This document shows positions 26,965 to 40,247 of a DNA stretch of 64,000 bases, one piece after another (within the stretch, counting starts at the first letter, position 1; every line of letters begins with the position of its first letter). The notes below the pieces were generated by a model that saw nothing but the letters and a program-made list of their open reading frames with translations, ran no database searches and was not told the DNA's origin. The translations under genes were made by a program, and so were the position numbers. This DNA is from Pecten maximus (lineage: Eukaryota): NCBI RefSeq assembly GCF_902652985.1, contig NC_047015.1:44454001-44518000 (forward strand). Reading direction: 5' to 3'.

Positions 26965-27396
26965 CTAAATAGATTAGGCCAGAAGGAGACAATCCCGTAT
27001 GTCTAGGGTACATATTTGCACGTAAACCTGAAGGTATACGGGATATCTATCACATATAATGTGATTTAAAATGTGTACTTCATTCAGAATAAAAGCATGT
27101 AGGTTTATGTTTCGTAATGTTTTTGAAACCCTTAGGTTTCGATGGAACATGTTTGTCCCAGTCCATCGTGTTGACAGACACATCATTGTTTTTTTGTTAC
27201 AAAATGTCGATAAAAATAATATATATATATTTTTATATATATATGTGTGTGTATCATGTCTCCAGTAACATAATTAAGTATACACATGACATATTTACTC
27301 ATTTATTTAGTATTTATTAACATTAGATTCCACTACTATTTCAGATATATACAATTGATGGCCAGTGGAGGTAATATTTCTACTAACGCTTGTGCT

Positions 27397-28833
27397 AAGT
27401 GCCCTGTTAGTAGTGGTATCTGGTGACAAAGTGCCCTGTTAGTAGTGGTATCTGGTGACAAAGTGCCCTGTTAGTAGTGGTATCTGGTGACATGGTGCCC
27501 TGTTAGTAGTGGTATCTGGTGACATGGTACCCTGTTAGTAGTGGTATCTGGTGACATAGTGCCCTGTTTGTAGTGGTATCTGGTGACAAAGTGCCCTGTT
27601 AGTAGTGGTATCAGGTGACATGGTGCCCTGTTAGTAGTGGTATCTGGTGACATGGTGCCCTGTTAGTAGTGGTATCTGGTGACAAAGTGCCCTGTGTGTA
27701 GTGGTATCTGGTGACAAAGCGCCCTGTGTGTAGTGGTATCTGGTGACAAAGCGCCCTGTTAGTAGTGGTATCTGGTGACATGGTGCCCTGTTTGTAGTGG
27801 CATCTGGTGACAAAGTGCCCTGTTAGTAGTGGTATCTGGTGACAAAGTGCCCTGTTAGTAGTGGTATCTGGTGACATGGTGCCCTGTTAGTAGTGGTATC
27901 TGGTGACAAAGTGCCCTGTTAGTAGTGGTATCTGGTGACAAAGTGCCCTGTTAGTAGTGGTACCTGGTGACAAAGTGCCCTGTTAAACTGTAGTAGTGGT
28001 ATCTGGTGACATGGTGCCCTGTTTGTAGTGGCATCTGGTGACAAAGTGCCCTGTTAGTAGTGGTATCTGGTGACGTAGTGCCCTGTTAGTAGTGGTATCT
28101 GGTGACATAGTGCCCTCTTTGTAGTGGTATCTGGTGACATGGTGCCTTCTTTGTAGTGGTATCTGGTGACAAAGTGCCCTGTGTGTAGTGGTATCTGGTG
28201 ACAAAGCGCCCTGTGTGTAGTGGTATCTGGTGACAAAGCGCCCTGTTAGTAGTGGTATCTGGTGACATGGTGCCCTGTTTGTAGTGGCATCTGGTGACAA
28301 AGTGCCCTGTTAGTAGTGGTATCTGGTGACAAAGTGCCCTGTTAGTAGTGGTATCTGGTGACATGGTGCCCTGTTAGTAGTGGTATCTGGTGACATGGTG
28401 CCCTGTTAGTAGTGGTATCTGGTGACAAAGTGCCCTGTTAGTAGTGGTATATGGTGACATGGTGCCCTGTTAGTGGTGGTATCTGGTGACATGATGCCCT
28501 GTTAGTAGTGGTATCTGGTGACATGGTGCCCTGTTAGTAGTGGTATCTGGTGACAAAGTGCCCTGTTTGTAGTGGTATCTGGTGACATGGTGCCCTGTTA
28601 GTAGTGGTATCAGGTGACAAAGTGCCCTGTTTGTAGTGGTATATGGTGACATGGTGCCCTGTTAGTAGTGGTATCTGGTGACAAAGTGCCCTGTTTGTAG
28701 TGGTATCTGGTGACATGGTGCCCTGTTAGTAGTGGTATCTGGTGACAAAGTGCCCTGTTTGTAGTGGTATCTGGTGATATGGTGCCCTGTTTGTAGTGGT
28801 ATCTGATGATATGGTGCCCTGTTTGTAGTGGTA
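27397..28833. repeat. Minisatellite, 32-bp unit (GTGCCCTGTTAGTAGTGGTATCTGGTGACAAA), about 44 copies, intronic
   Basis: Period 32; a block of variant units recurs at an offset of about 487 bp. Confidence 0.97.
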
Positions 28834-30552
28834 ATTGGTAACGGTGATGGATGATTTTGTATTTGTTTAGTAAAAAGAATATCCTATTTTTGTCGACGGT
28901 GATGGATGTGCCTTTGTTTGAGTATTGTTGTATATTAGTGTCTGTATGATAGAATTCATTTAAGTATGATATATTAAACTTACGTCACTGACGCATTGAT
29001 TGTCACTGAAATATCCAGACTAATTCCTAGATTTTCCGCCTTAGTTCAAAGCTCTCAAACGCAATCTTTTTTTTTACCATGTGTGGATATTAACTGCGAT
29101 GGTTTACCGCCATGACTAGTTAACTAATGACGTCTGCTGGGGCCATTAGACTGGCGTGATTATACTACTGTCTCTCGCTTTTGAAAAATACACTCAAAAT
29201 GGACCTTATTCTCCAGACAGGAAGTGCTTCTCTCCGGGGAAGTTTTACAGCAGCAAATAATATATTCAAATAGATTTTGCTGACAGATCTGACACTTTTG
29301 TATAATCTGCTAGATTGGTTACGTTTAAATATACTTGTATATGGTAACTGGTCCTTTGAGGACCTCCTTAACGACTTAAAGTTGGTAAGTTGTGTTTCCC
29401 CATAATGGGAATTGTACGTCGTTCAATGCCATGATTCCGTATGGTATGACTACTAGACAGTTAAATGGCTCGCCCTGTGAACTTCTATCGATAAATGTTT
29501 TCCTTGTGTATTGGACTCCAATGTGTAAGTATGGTCATGCAGCTCTCTGCTCGAGACGTCACGTACCGATAATTATTTTGTGGAATCAAATTAACCTTTC
29601 TTTCAAAAAGAACATAGTATATATACATCACGCATAGCTTTAACTTCCTCATTCTTCTGAGGTTGAGTACAAAAGGACTACATTTAGGCCTGCAAATGTC
29701 CAAATTTGGATAAAAAGCGTTGGCGTGGAAAATACAGCTACTCATAATGTAATAATGTGAACATGCTTTTCTAGCTCTGTATCCTGCTCTAGGTGAAAGA
29801 GTGCTTTGTATGAGGGAGTATTTATTTATAAAATTGAATTCTTCGGTATTGAGCTCAATTTGTTGAATGTGATGTTATTTCCTTCCTTACGATACTGGAA
29901 TTGACATGCTACACGGTTACACAAGAGAACATATAGCCAATCAATATGTTACGTCGAGATCTAGCTGTGTCCCTGACGGCCAAACCCTCCATATCTAACT
30001 AACTTGAAATCATTTAGATTGATTCTAGAGATTTTTGGTATGTTCAATATCTGATATATATACAATGTATATATAACTGGTGTAGCATTGTCCTTTGTTT
30101 CCATACAACCTTGTCTAATGTGATAATTGTTCGAGTATACCTAAATTCGGTTCGGCAGATATTTTAATTAAAAACATCTGAGATCAACTATGTAAATATG
30201 TAGTAGGTGATAAGTCGATATGGAATGTTTGTTTAACCTGAATCGTCTTTCAAACCAACGGAATCAGAGACTTAGCCATGTCATGCGGGTGATTTAGGTA
30301 GCAGCGTAAATAAATTCCAACGTTCATTTTCCATAAGCACGATGCCATCTTATTCGCAATACCCAGTATTCGTGTTGTGTATATCATCAACATTTGTTGT
30401 GAATTTAAAATGTCATATGGGATCATAATGCTTGCAGAAATTACTGAAATTTTACCAGGTTTTTTTTTTGTTTTGTTGAGTATTTTAATTAAAGAAAGTT
30501 CTTTCGTGTCATTCAATGGCTTTTTACAGGATTGTATCCTTTTGTTATTCAG

Positions 30553-30812
30553 ACTACATCCGGCGGAAGTACCCACCACGGACACTCCTCCTACTCGAGT
30601 GTGAAAAGTGCACATGGACACAGCGACGACAAATCTAACGGAGAAACGAGAAACCACTCTCGACACTCCAACAAGAGGTCGAATTCATCATCATCATCTA
30701 ACCATTCACACCACCACCATCAATCCCAAAGTCCGCACGTGCAGAAAAATCACAAACGCTCTGCTAATACATCGCCACACACACCTCCGGAAGAGGAAGA
30801 GCGGGCAGTTAG
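30553..30812 (+). CDS. Coding exon 3 of the two-TM protein (His/Ser-rich disordered region)
   Basis: Acceptor ttattcAG, phase 0. Encodes TTSGGSTHHGHSSYSS...SNHSHHHHQSQSPH...PEEEERAV. Donor AG|GTTAGA, phase 2. Confidence 0.85.
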
Positions 30813-31164
30813 GTTAGATTAAAGTTCTTTTGAAATACAATATTGAAAATTTTGGATTTGTTTGAAAAAAATTTACATTTATTAAATTTTGAGTCTTTGC
30901 ACTTTTCCAGATCTGAGCATTTCATTTCATCTATCACTTAAGGCCCTAAGTTTCACTATATAGTCCTAAAATGACAGCGGTATGGTGAGGTATTATCTAT
31001 TTTTGATCTACTCTATCTAACTCTCATTTTGTATTGAAAGGTGATAAAGTATTGTTTGTCTTTTGTACAATCTTTTGACAATATTGAATATTGGTGCATA
31101 ATATATCTCAACTCATCTCATAGAATATGTCACTAATCACAGGACCATATAAATCTGTTTCCAG

Positions 31165-31273
31165 ACTGACTGACCACACAGACGTGACGGTCACGCTGGA
31201 ATCCACGCCTATTCCAAGGGAGGAAAATGTCCCAGAGGTTGAAATCGTACAACACCACGACCCCGAGAAGTGA
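31165..31273 (+). CDS. Coding exon 4 (last) of the two-TM protein
   Basis: Acceptor tgtttccAG; the first A completes AGA (Arg). Encodes LTDHTDVTVTLESTPIPREENVPEVEIVQHHDPEK then TGA. AATAAA at 31312-31317. Spliced CDS is 206+115+260+109 = 690 nt. Confidence 0.8.
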
Positions 31274-34194
31274 AAAAGAACTCTCGGTCAGGACGAGATT
31301 TCATGTGTGTTAATAAACCATTGTTTTAGACAATCTTTCAAATTGGGATAAATATGGTGCCTTCTTCTCCCTGTTCCTTTTTTATATAAATCATATTCGT
31401 CATGAAGTGCAATAACAATAGGAAATACGTTTACACATTTTATAAACATGAAGGCCAGCGAATCAATATTGACTAAAGCCGAATTATGACCAAAGCGAGG
31501 CCGAAATGTGAAAACAGAGAAACAGAACGACACCAATTACAGGTTGTGCTGAGTAGGAGTAGATGCCAAGACTAGTTAGTTCACTAGGACTTCAAGGTGA
31601 TCGATACGAAAGGACAAGATAGTTTTTACTCTACTGATTTTTGTGATTTGGGCATTACATTACAATTTGTGCGTCATTCAGCTGTGATCGATTTCAGAAA
31701 AATAACCGTTAGTTTTGGATGTTGATAGATATATGGATAATTCCGCATTGAGTATGACAAGGTTTTAAAGTAAGACCAGCCCTGACTAAGATGTGAATTG
31801 TCAATGATAACGGCCAAGCTATTTTTGGTAGTCCAGACTGCGAGGTAACCAAGACAACCAACGTAACCAAGACAACCATGTACAATGGGACCAGGTTTCT
31901 GTGTTGTTGTTAGTGAATATGACCACGTTGCTATGCTGTTACAAAGGAAATGGACCAATTTGTTGTGGTGCGGCGCCACAGCGTGCTGCAATAATACGGG
32001 CATTGTCGACGTTGGTAAAAAGATTCTTTTAAAGCATAAAGCATTCAGAAAGATATACAACTAAAAAGCAAAGCTTCACATGGAATACAATTACACAATA
32101 TACACATCCACCCTTGCAATGCAAACACATCATATCAAACATATATTTGCAATAAACATCGGTGTGATTACAATAGTGAGGAACACTATTAAACGTGCAA
32201 TAAGTATTATAGGTTAAGTAGGTATACCAATACCGCGTGCCACGTATGAAAGATGCGAACACAGAATATACTCAAATTTGTGTTTTGCTCCAAATATGTA
32301 CAGTATTTGAAATAGCATCATGCATACACCCCTTTCTGATTAAATATAACCAACTCGATACATCAAATTATAATCAATCGCCAATTTCAGACATAAAAGT
32401 ACAATGCACTTACCATAACAATCATCAGTCGTATACATCAATAACGTTACTGTATTGAACTGCTAGGACACAATACAGTAATATATCCTTTATTGTCTCA
32501 AAATCTAAACCCAATTGGCAAGATTCCATATGAAACAAATTAAAAATGTGCGTTGGAGATTTGATAATAGAAAGGAATGTGATGATCGAGGAGTTGGTAC
32601 GTCTATATGTCGTTCGAATGAATATCAACTTAAACTGGAACCCCACATTGGAACAAAGAATATGTCAGGAACCATCGATTTTTCTAAGAATATAATCTTC
32701 CCCGACGGATCTTGTTATTTCTGCATACCAGTTTTCTGCCTAATGTTGCTGAAGCCGATGCACAGTTTTGTTTCATACTCCGCGTCCACCGAGGATAAAG
32801 CATCTCCCCGCTTGCATATGGTATATAGGTCATGTTACAAGCGGATGTTGTGATGTTCTGTATAGGCAAATCATTTTTTAATGTTATTTGATCAGATTCC
32901 AGAAACAAAAATGGTATCTAGGCAACGATGGTGAAGAAAAAAGATAGGATAGCTTAAAACCAGGTTGTAATATGGTAAATAATGTAGAAATATATAGAGG
33001 CTCTGTATATCCTGGTGCGAATTTTCGTACAAAATGTCATAAATAGAGCTTCTGTTTTACAAGGAATATATGTTATGTTATGGAGTGTACTCTAAATAAA
33101 CCGCGAAAGTCAGGTGTTTTTGTTTTTGTTTTGTTTTGTTATGGCTCCATAACATGAAATATATTAAAGTTAATCCTTGGAGTTTAAACTATTGTGCACA
33201 ATCCCTGTGAAAATCCACAAACTATTGCGCCACTTTATCAGCCAATGAAAAGCGACGTCACAAACGCCGACGACATAGTTTACGTTATAGGCTGATAATG
33301 TAATATTTAGGCCAATGAAAACGCTTGTTACAAGCAAGATTAAACCTTTCATTTATATCTCAATAACAAAGCATCGTGTTTAACATCAGAAGAATCCATT
33401 AAGGATTTATTTATGGAAACGTTTCGTGTTTACAAATGGTTGTATATATTATATATAATTTATATATACCACTTACATTAAATGAGAATACTACAAAACA
33501 ATAACAAATCAAAACGGTAAATGATTATTAATTAGTATTACCCAGTATTCTCTATTTTTTTTCAAATTGTGTTATTGATGTGTTGGATGTGTTGCTTTTA
33601 GTTTAAAACTTTTACATAGCTATTGATACCATGGGTGTCTCTGACAGGTTACTAGTCAACAAACACCGGAAAACGTCCGCTAATCTTCCCATCAGAAACT
33701 AAGGGAAAATACGTTTTTACCACTGTATTTTCAAAACAGTATATTTCGTAGCGAAGTTCATGAATTTCTAGTTTTTGCTTTCAGACTAACACTACTTAAA
33801 CGTTTACCCGATCCCTAGAATACAAAGAGACACCCTTGGTTGTGTAATGTAACAGATGATCTAGTGAGCTTTGTAGTTTTATCTGTTGTTTTAGCTCATT
33901 TTTATATTAAAGTAAATCATCATTGGAAATATTTTTTGCGATAGTATTTTGTCAACATTGATTGATTTTCGTAAAGATATTTATATTTCGACGTAACAAA
34001 ACATAATAACGCCATTTTGTTGTCAGTTTTATGTGGACACTTGTTATATGTGCTGTTGATAAATTGACTTGTAATCTTGATATATATATGTGTGTATACA
34101 ATGTTTAGTCACGATTCATTTTACAAAATTATCAACTATGTTCGGTGAGTAGCCAAACTATGTAAGATCATTGTTTTGAAATACGGGATAAGTA

Positions 34195-34539
34195 TGGGCG
34201 GCGGAAAAATCAATGTTCAAAACCAAACCAATAGACAGTATATTTTATAACACAGCGCCATCTAGCGTCAGTTTGTGAGTTCATTGATTTAGATTTCTTG
34301 ATTCTGCAGCCGTGATTATTGATTTCCGTTTGTCTATTGGTTTGGTTTCCTTGTCTATTGGTTTGGTTTCCTTGTCTATTGGTTTGGTTTTCATGTCTAT
34401 TGGTTTGGTTTTCTTGTCTATTGGTTTGGTTTTGAACATTGATTGTTCCATAAAATATGTTGATTTGAAAAGGATGTCTATTGATATGATTTTTGACATT
34501 GGTTTTGTTTAAATGGATTTTTTCCCTTTCCGCCGCCCA
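34195..34539. mobile_element. 345-bp MITE with 13-bp TIR (TGGGCGGCGGAAA), flanked by TA, with internal 21-bp repeats
   Basis: TA|TGGGCGGCGGAAA at the left end and TTTCCGCCGCCCA|TA at the right. Five copies of ttgtctattggtttggttt near the right end and one inverted copy (aaaaccaaaccaatagaca) near the left. Confidence 0.85.
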
Positions 34540-35563
34540 TAGATAAGGGTTTTTTCCCCAATACCAGTCAATTAAATAGATGCGTCAGTAATAGTCGAAG
34601 ACTAATAAGTGACGTCAACAACCATTTTGTTTACATTTTTTAATGAAAGTGATAATTTGTTTCCGATTTTTTTATAGATCATCTCTCGCCAGATGATACA
34701 TATAGTAAACAATGATCATATCATCCATATTCCCTAGACAGAAAATGTCACATCTATCACTCCTCTAGACGAAATAGAAAATAATTCCTATTCAGGTCCG
34801 AGACTTCATAACGAATCATATCACATTGAGAGGGGCATACATCGATTTATCACAGTTCAAATGCTTCTCATTTGTCTAGATTTTGATAACTGATGCCTTG
34901 GTCAGGTCTATCCAATAACGATACACCGTGGTTTCTTTCCTATTGGGCCCGTTACCTCCAAATGATTAATTTCAAGAATGAAACGAATTAAATACGAACG
35001 AAGATGTTCAGATGTTAAAACTTACATGAAGGTAGTTGGACATCACGCCTACAAATACGTTTTACTCAGGATCATAAACGTGAACTTTAGATGAATGTTT
35101 TCATGGTCATCTGCTTATTGTTATAATATTATTACTAATTCATGTATACCTATACATTTTTCGATACGACAAAACAGGATTTGCGCATAGGTATAACTCA
35201 TATCAGTTTGATTAAGGTATAGCTCCCATTTCATCTTAACAGGAGACGTATCGGTAGATGGAATTCGCTTATTTGTTATGTCTTCTGGAAAAAAGTATAT
35301 TAAGCAGCCACATATCTTGGTGTTAAAACATTTTACCAACAATTCAAGTCCAGATATGACTAAGTCTATCATCAGAGATAGGTTATATGAGACTGTAAGC
35401 TTAAATGATGCCAATACAATTTGCTCGCACACCTTGACCTACTAATAAATCCTGTTTAAATCAGACTGTAAGTTCAACATCTCATATTATGTAAGATTTG
35501 TCGACATAATTCATATAATTCTTGCTTGCAACATACTTTACAAAAATAGAAAGAGCTATTTAT

Positions 35564-37428
35564 GAGTGAAATTAAACTTTACCTTGAGGCTCTGTCTTTA
35601 ACTAGGTACGTGTGAAATTAAACTTGACCTACTGGTTCTGTCTTTAACTAGATACGAGTGAAATTAATCTTGACCTTGTGGCTCTGTCTCTAACAAGGTA
35701 CGTGTGAAATTAAACTTGACCTACTGGTTCTGTCTTTAACTAGATACGAGTGAAATTAATCTTGACCTTGTGGCTCTGTCTCTAACTAGGTACGACTGAA
35801 ATTAATCTCGACCTTGTGGCTCTGTCTCTTACTATGTACGAGTGAATTTAAACTTGACATGATTCTATTCCTAGTTAGGTACGAGTGAAATTAATCTTGA
35901 CACGGCTCAGTTCCTAGTTAGGTACGAGTGAAATTAAACTTGACCTTGTGGTTCTGTCTTTAACTAGATACGAGTGAAATTAATCTTGACCTTGTGGCTC
36001 TGTCTCTAACAAGGTACGAGTGAAATTAAACTTGACCTACTGGTTCTGTCTTTAACTAGGTACGACTGAAATTAAACTGGACCTTGTGGCTATGTCTCTA
36101 ACTAGGTACGACTGAAATTAAACTGGACCTAATGGCTCTGTCTCTAACTAGGTACGACTGAAATTAAACTGGACCTAATGGCTCTGTCTCTAACTAGGTA
36201 CGACTGAAATTAAACTGGACCTTGTGGCTATGTCTCTAACAAGGTACGAGTGAAATTAAACTTGACCTACTGGTTCTGTCTTTAACTAGATACGAGTGAA
36301 ATTAATCTTGACCTTGTGGCTCTGTCTCTAACTAGGTACGACTGAAATTAATCTCGACCTTGTGGCTCTGTCTCTTACTATGTACGAGTGAATTTAAACT
36401 TGACATGATTCTATTCCTAGTTAGGTACGAGTGAAATTAATCTTGACACGGCTCAGTTCCTAGTTAGGTACGAGTGAAATTAAACTTGACCTTGTGGTTC
36501 TGTCTTTAACTAGATACGAGTGAAATTAATCTTGACCTTGTGGCTCTGTCTCTAACAAGGTACGAGTGAAATTAAACTTGACCTACTGGTTCTGTCTTTA
36601 ACTAGGTACGACTGAAATTAAACTGGACCTTGTGGCTATGTCTCTAACTAGGTACGACTGAAATTAAACTGGACCTAATGGCTCTGTCTCTAACTAGGTA
36701 CGACTGAAATTAAACTGGACCTTGTGGCTATGTCTCTAACAAGGTACGAGTGAAATTAAACTTGACCTTGTGGTTCTGTCTTTAACTAGATACGAGTGAA
36801 ATTAAACTTGACCTACTGGTTCTGTCTTTAACTAGATACGAGTGAAATTAAACTTGACCTACTGGTTCTGTCTTTAACTAGATACGAGTGAAATTAAACT
36901 TGACCTACTGGTTCTGTCTTTAACTAGATACGAGTGAAATTAAACTTGACCTAATGGCTCTGTCTTTAACTAGATACGGGTGAAATTAAACTGGACCTTG
37001 TGGCTCTGTCTCTAACAAGGTACGAGTGAAATTAAACTTTACCTTGTGGTTCTGTCTTTAACTAGATACGAGTGAAATTAAACTTTACCTTGTGGCTATG
37101 TCTCTAACTAGGTACGACTGAAATTAAACTGGACCTTGTGGCTCTGTCTTTAACTAGGTACGACTGAAATTAATCTCGACCTTGTGGCTCTGTCTCTTAC
37201 TATGTACGAGTGAATTTAAACTTGACATGATTCTATTCCTAGTTAGGTACGAGTGAAATTAATCTTGACACGGCTCAGTTCCTAGTTAGGTACGAGTGAA
37301 ATTAAACTTGACCTTGTGGTTCTGTCTTTAACTAGATACGAGTGAAATTAATCTTGACCTTGTGGCTCTGTCTCTTACTATGTACGAGTGAAATTAATCT
37401 TGACACGGCTCTGTTCCTAGTTATGTAC
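35564..37428. repeat. Satellite array, 46-bp unit (GAGTGAAATTAAACTTGACCTTGTGGCTCTGTCTCTAACTAGGTAC), about 40 copies
   Basis: Period 46 (35566, 35612). A distinctive variant (catgattctattcctagtt) recurs near 35858, 36405 and 37226. Confidence 0.97.
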
Positions 37429-38400
37429 AGTTATCTCCGATATCCACACGACGTAGCATTGACTATACATTGGACATTAGCTTAGGTACTGTATTCTCAT
37501 TTTCAAATTCAGAACACTTGTTAGGAACGCTATATTTCAGTAACAGATCTATCTCAGAGGCACTAGCTGACTAAATCCATCATCTGATATATACTCGGAA
37601 TAAAACATTTGAAATAAAACGTACCTGGAAGTTTTCTTTGGGGCAATGTTTTTTATATTGTTTTTTACTTCTACATTATATGCTAGTTATAACCACTACG
37701 CAAGGCATGTTGTGCCACACTCAAGCAATATACATAACTTTATTTTGATATATTTAGAAAGTTTCTAATAAGATGAAAATATGAAGTTTTAATGAATTTT
37801 CTTTTCACCCTTAAATCCCTCGTGGGACCACTTTGTGTATGCTGCGATATTTGAACCTCTTTTAATGGGAGCAATGTTCCTTATAAAACACATATATATG
37901 ATTATATTTTGTATTTATGTTGCATTAATGAAATGTACAGTTGTATATAATACCAATATCTAATATAAGATTAACTCCTATTTTGAGCATTGTTTGTAAG
38001 AATTTAATAATTTAAAGGTGTCCAATGTTTTATGGTCGTGGTTGTTTGTAAAAGGAAGTGTATTCAACTACACGACATTCGGTCATACAAACGACCGCCA
38101 TTGAAAATGAAACCGTTTTGTTAAGTTCTCTCTGAGACAAACAGGTGTGATGTTTACCGTGGTATCATTTTGTGTACATTCCATTAGTTACACACATGTG
38201 TACGTTTATTAAATCTCCGTGTATATATCGTAATTAATAAATAACTATTTAAATTATAAGCGACTTGTTGTTTGTACAGAAGTACTTAGGATGTCGTTTA
38301 CTTTGACTTTCAATATTTCAGTAGTAATCAATCACTAAACAGCACACTAAATCTGGAGGAATTAAGACTGGTATTCAACATATCATTTCTCTTTTTGTGT

Positions 38401-38611
38401 ATAGGTGTTAAACTCCACGGGGGTAATACTTCGCGGTTGTAACAGTTCGTAGGTTATTGCATTTCAGGCAACACCACCTAGTAAATATTCTACAGTGAAC
38501 ACTTTTACAATATTTGTTGATCTATTCTCTGGGTGTTTATTTTCGCGCTATATTAAATGACCGCGAATATAGCGAAATTAAATCCCCGCGAAAATTACCA
38601 ACTTTACAGTA
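38401..38611. mobile_element. Probable degenerate TA-flanked MITE ending TTTACAG|TA
   Basis: Right end ccccgcgaaaattaccaactttacagta with inward-facing ttcgcg/cgcgaa motifs. The left terminus is not clear. Confidence 0.4.
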
Positions 38612-40129
38612 TTTCATCGTTCTTCCAGATGATCCCATGTTAAACTTACCAATGTTCTAGACCGTAATGGTTTTTTTTCATATCATTTAACATTATTCAA
38701 ATTATTGGAGGTTTCCTAAATACTGTTCAATGATAGTAAAATGTATGGTATACATGTAATATAAATTAAACAAGAAAACCATGTTAAGCGTGTAGTGGTT
38801 ATAAACAAAGAATATTCAATAAAATAATATGAACAACTTATAGATTGAAATGGAGAATCTTCATACACGACAATTAGACCAGGTGTTTCAGTAGGGTAAC
38901 CGTCATCTTCTCCGTCGACCATGAACACCATTTTGATATAGGTTCTGGTTATGTCACATCCTCATAATGGGAGCTAACATTGTAATATCGAAACTACAAG
39001 GCATATCAAACACTTCCTATTACAGGTGAAAATATATTACCTACCCCTGAGATGATGATGAGAACCATACCATAACATTGTCATTTTTTCATCAAGCTGT
39101 ATATCTCTCGAAATCCTAAAGTTTCTGTCAACATCTGACATATGTTGTCATGGACATAGTGAAACTGGAACTTCCTTGTGTGTCGAGTCAGTTGTAACAT
39201 TAAACGTAGGTTGTGGAAGCAACGAACTTGCTATCTCGAAATGGAATTTTACACTTAGGGATTTGAAATAATCCTGCTTCACATCGGTCACTTGCAAAGC
39301 TGATCCAGTTTTATTACATTGTACGGAAATTTGGAGTAAACCATTTAATACAGTTTAGGTTGTTTGTGGTATATCCGATCGCCATGGTCAACATTTTTGT
39401 AGTGAATGACATCAATCAAATTGAAATCGTAAGGCCTTTATCGCTTGACACAATGCTGTGTCAGGACCGTATTGTAGTTGGGTTGACAGGATATATGGAT
39501 AAAGGTTGAGCAGACCTTTTTTTTTCTTGTAGACCTATGTTTTCTAACAATAAATTATTTTCCAAATGCTACCACGAATTGTCGAGAATTGGGACTTGTT
39601 TTTGAGGCAAACGATGGGCTATTGTGGATCGGATATCATCTTATTAGCAAAACAACTGTGACCTGGTCCACGCATTTCAAAATATCTGCAAAACCCTGGG
39701 CCCTTTTAGAAACACGAACGTCATTAATCAAACAATCGTTGTTGTTTTTTTTTTGCTTATTTTTTATTTTTTAACTTCTTCTTAAATTATAACCTGTAAC
39801 TTGTAACTTAGTGTCGCTCTGAATTGCTGTGTATCAATTAGGCTGAATGGGAGAGTTTACTTTGGCTAATTATATACAACGACATCCTCAGATGAGTATC
39901 CTCGGGGAACGGAGCTTCGCTACACCACTAATTATCAGTGCTAGAGGTACAAACGCGCTGCTAATTAAACACTTGGCAGCCACTAATTCCGGGATACAAA
40001 TTACAGGATTTTGACACGGAAATGAGACACCATATTTAGTGTGTTATCGGAACTGGAATTCTTCTGTGAAATATCTCTTTTGTCTGTATCGTTACACTAT
40101 TCGTCATCAGTGGGTCTTCGACAAGAAAG

Positions 40130-40247
40130 CATCAGGTTTGAACGGCCCATCCTTGAATGCGATACGACGTTTTTGATTGGTTACGGGAATGTCGCGTGCC
40201 AATCAGAAACGTTGTATCAATCAAGGACATGCTGTTCAAACATGATG
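40130..40247. repeat. Long imperfect inverted repeat (foldback; arms about 50 bp, 18-nt loop)
   Basis: Left arm CATCAGGTTTGAACGGCCCATCCTTGAATGCGATACGACGTTTTTGATTGG; right arm reverse complement CATCATGTTTGAACAGCATGTCCTTGATTGATACAACGTTTCTGATTGG. Confidence 0.85.
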
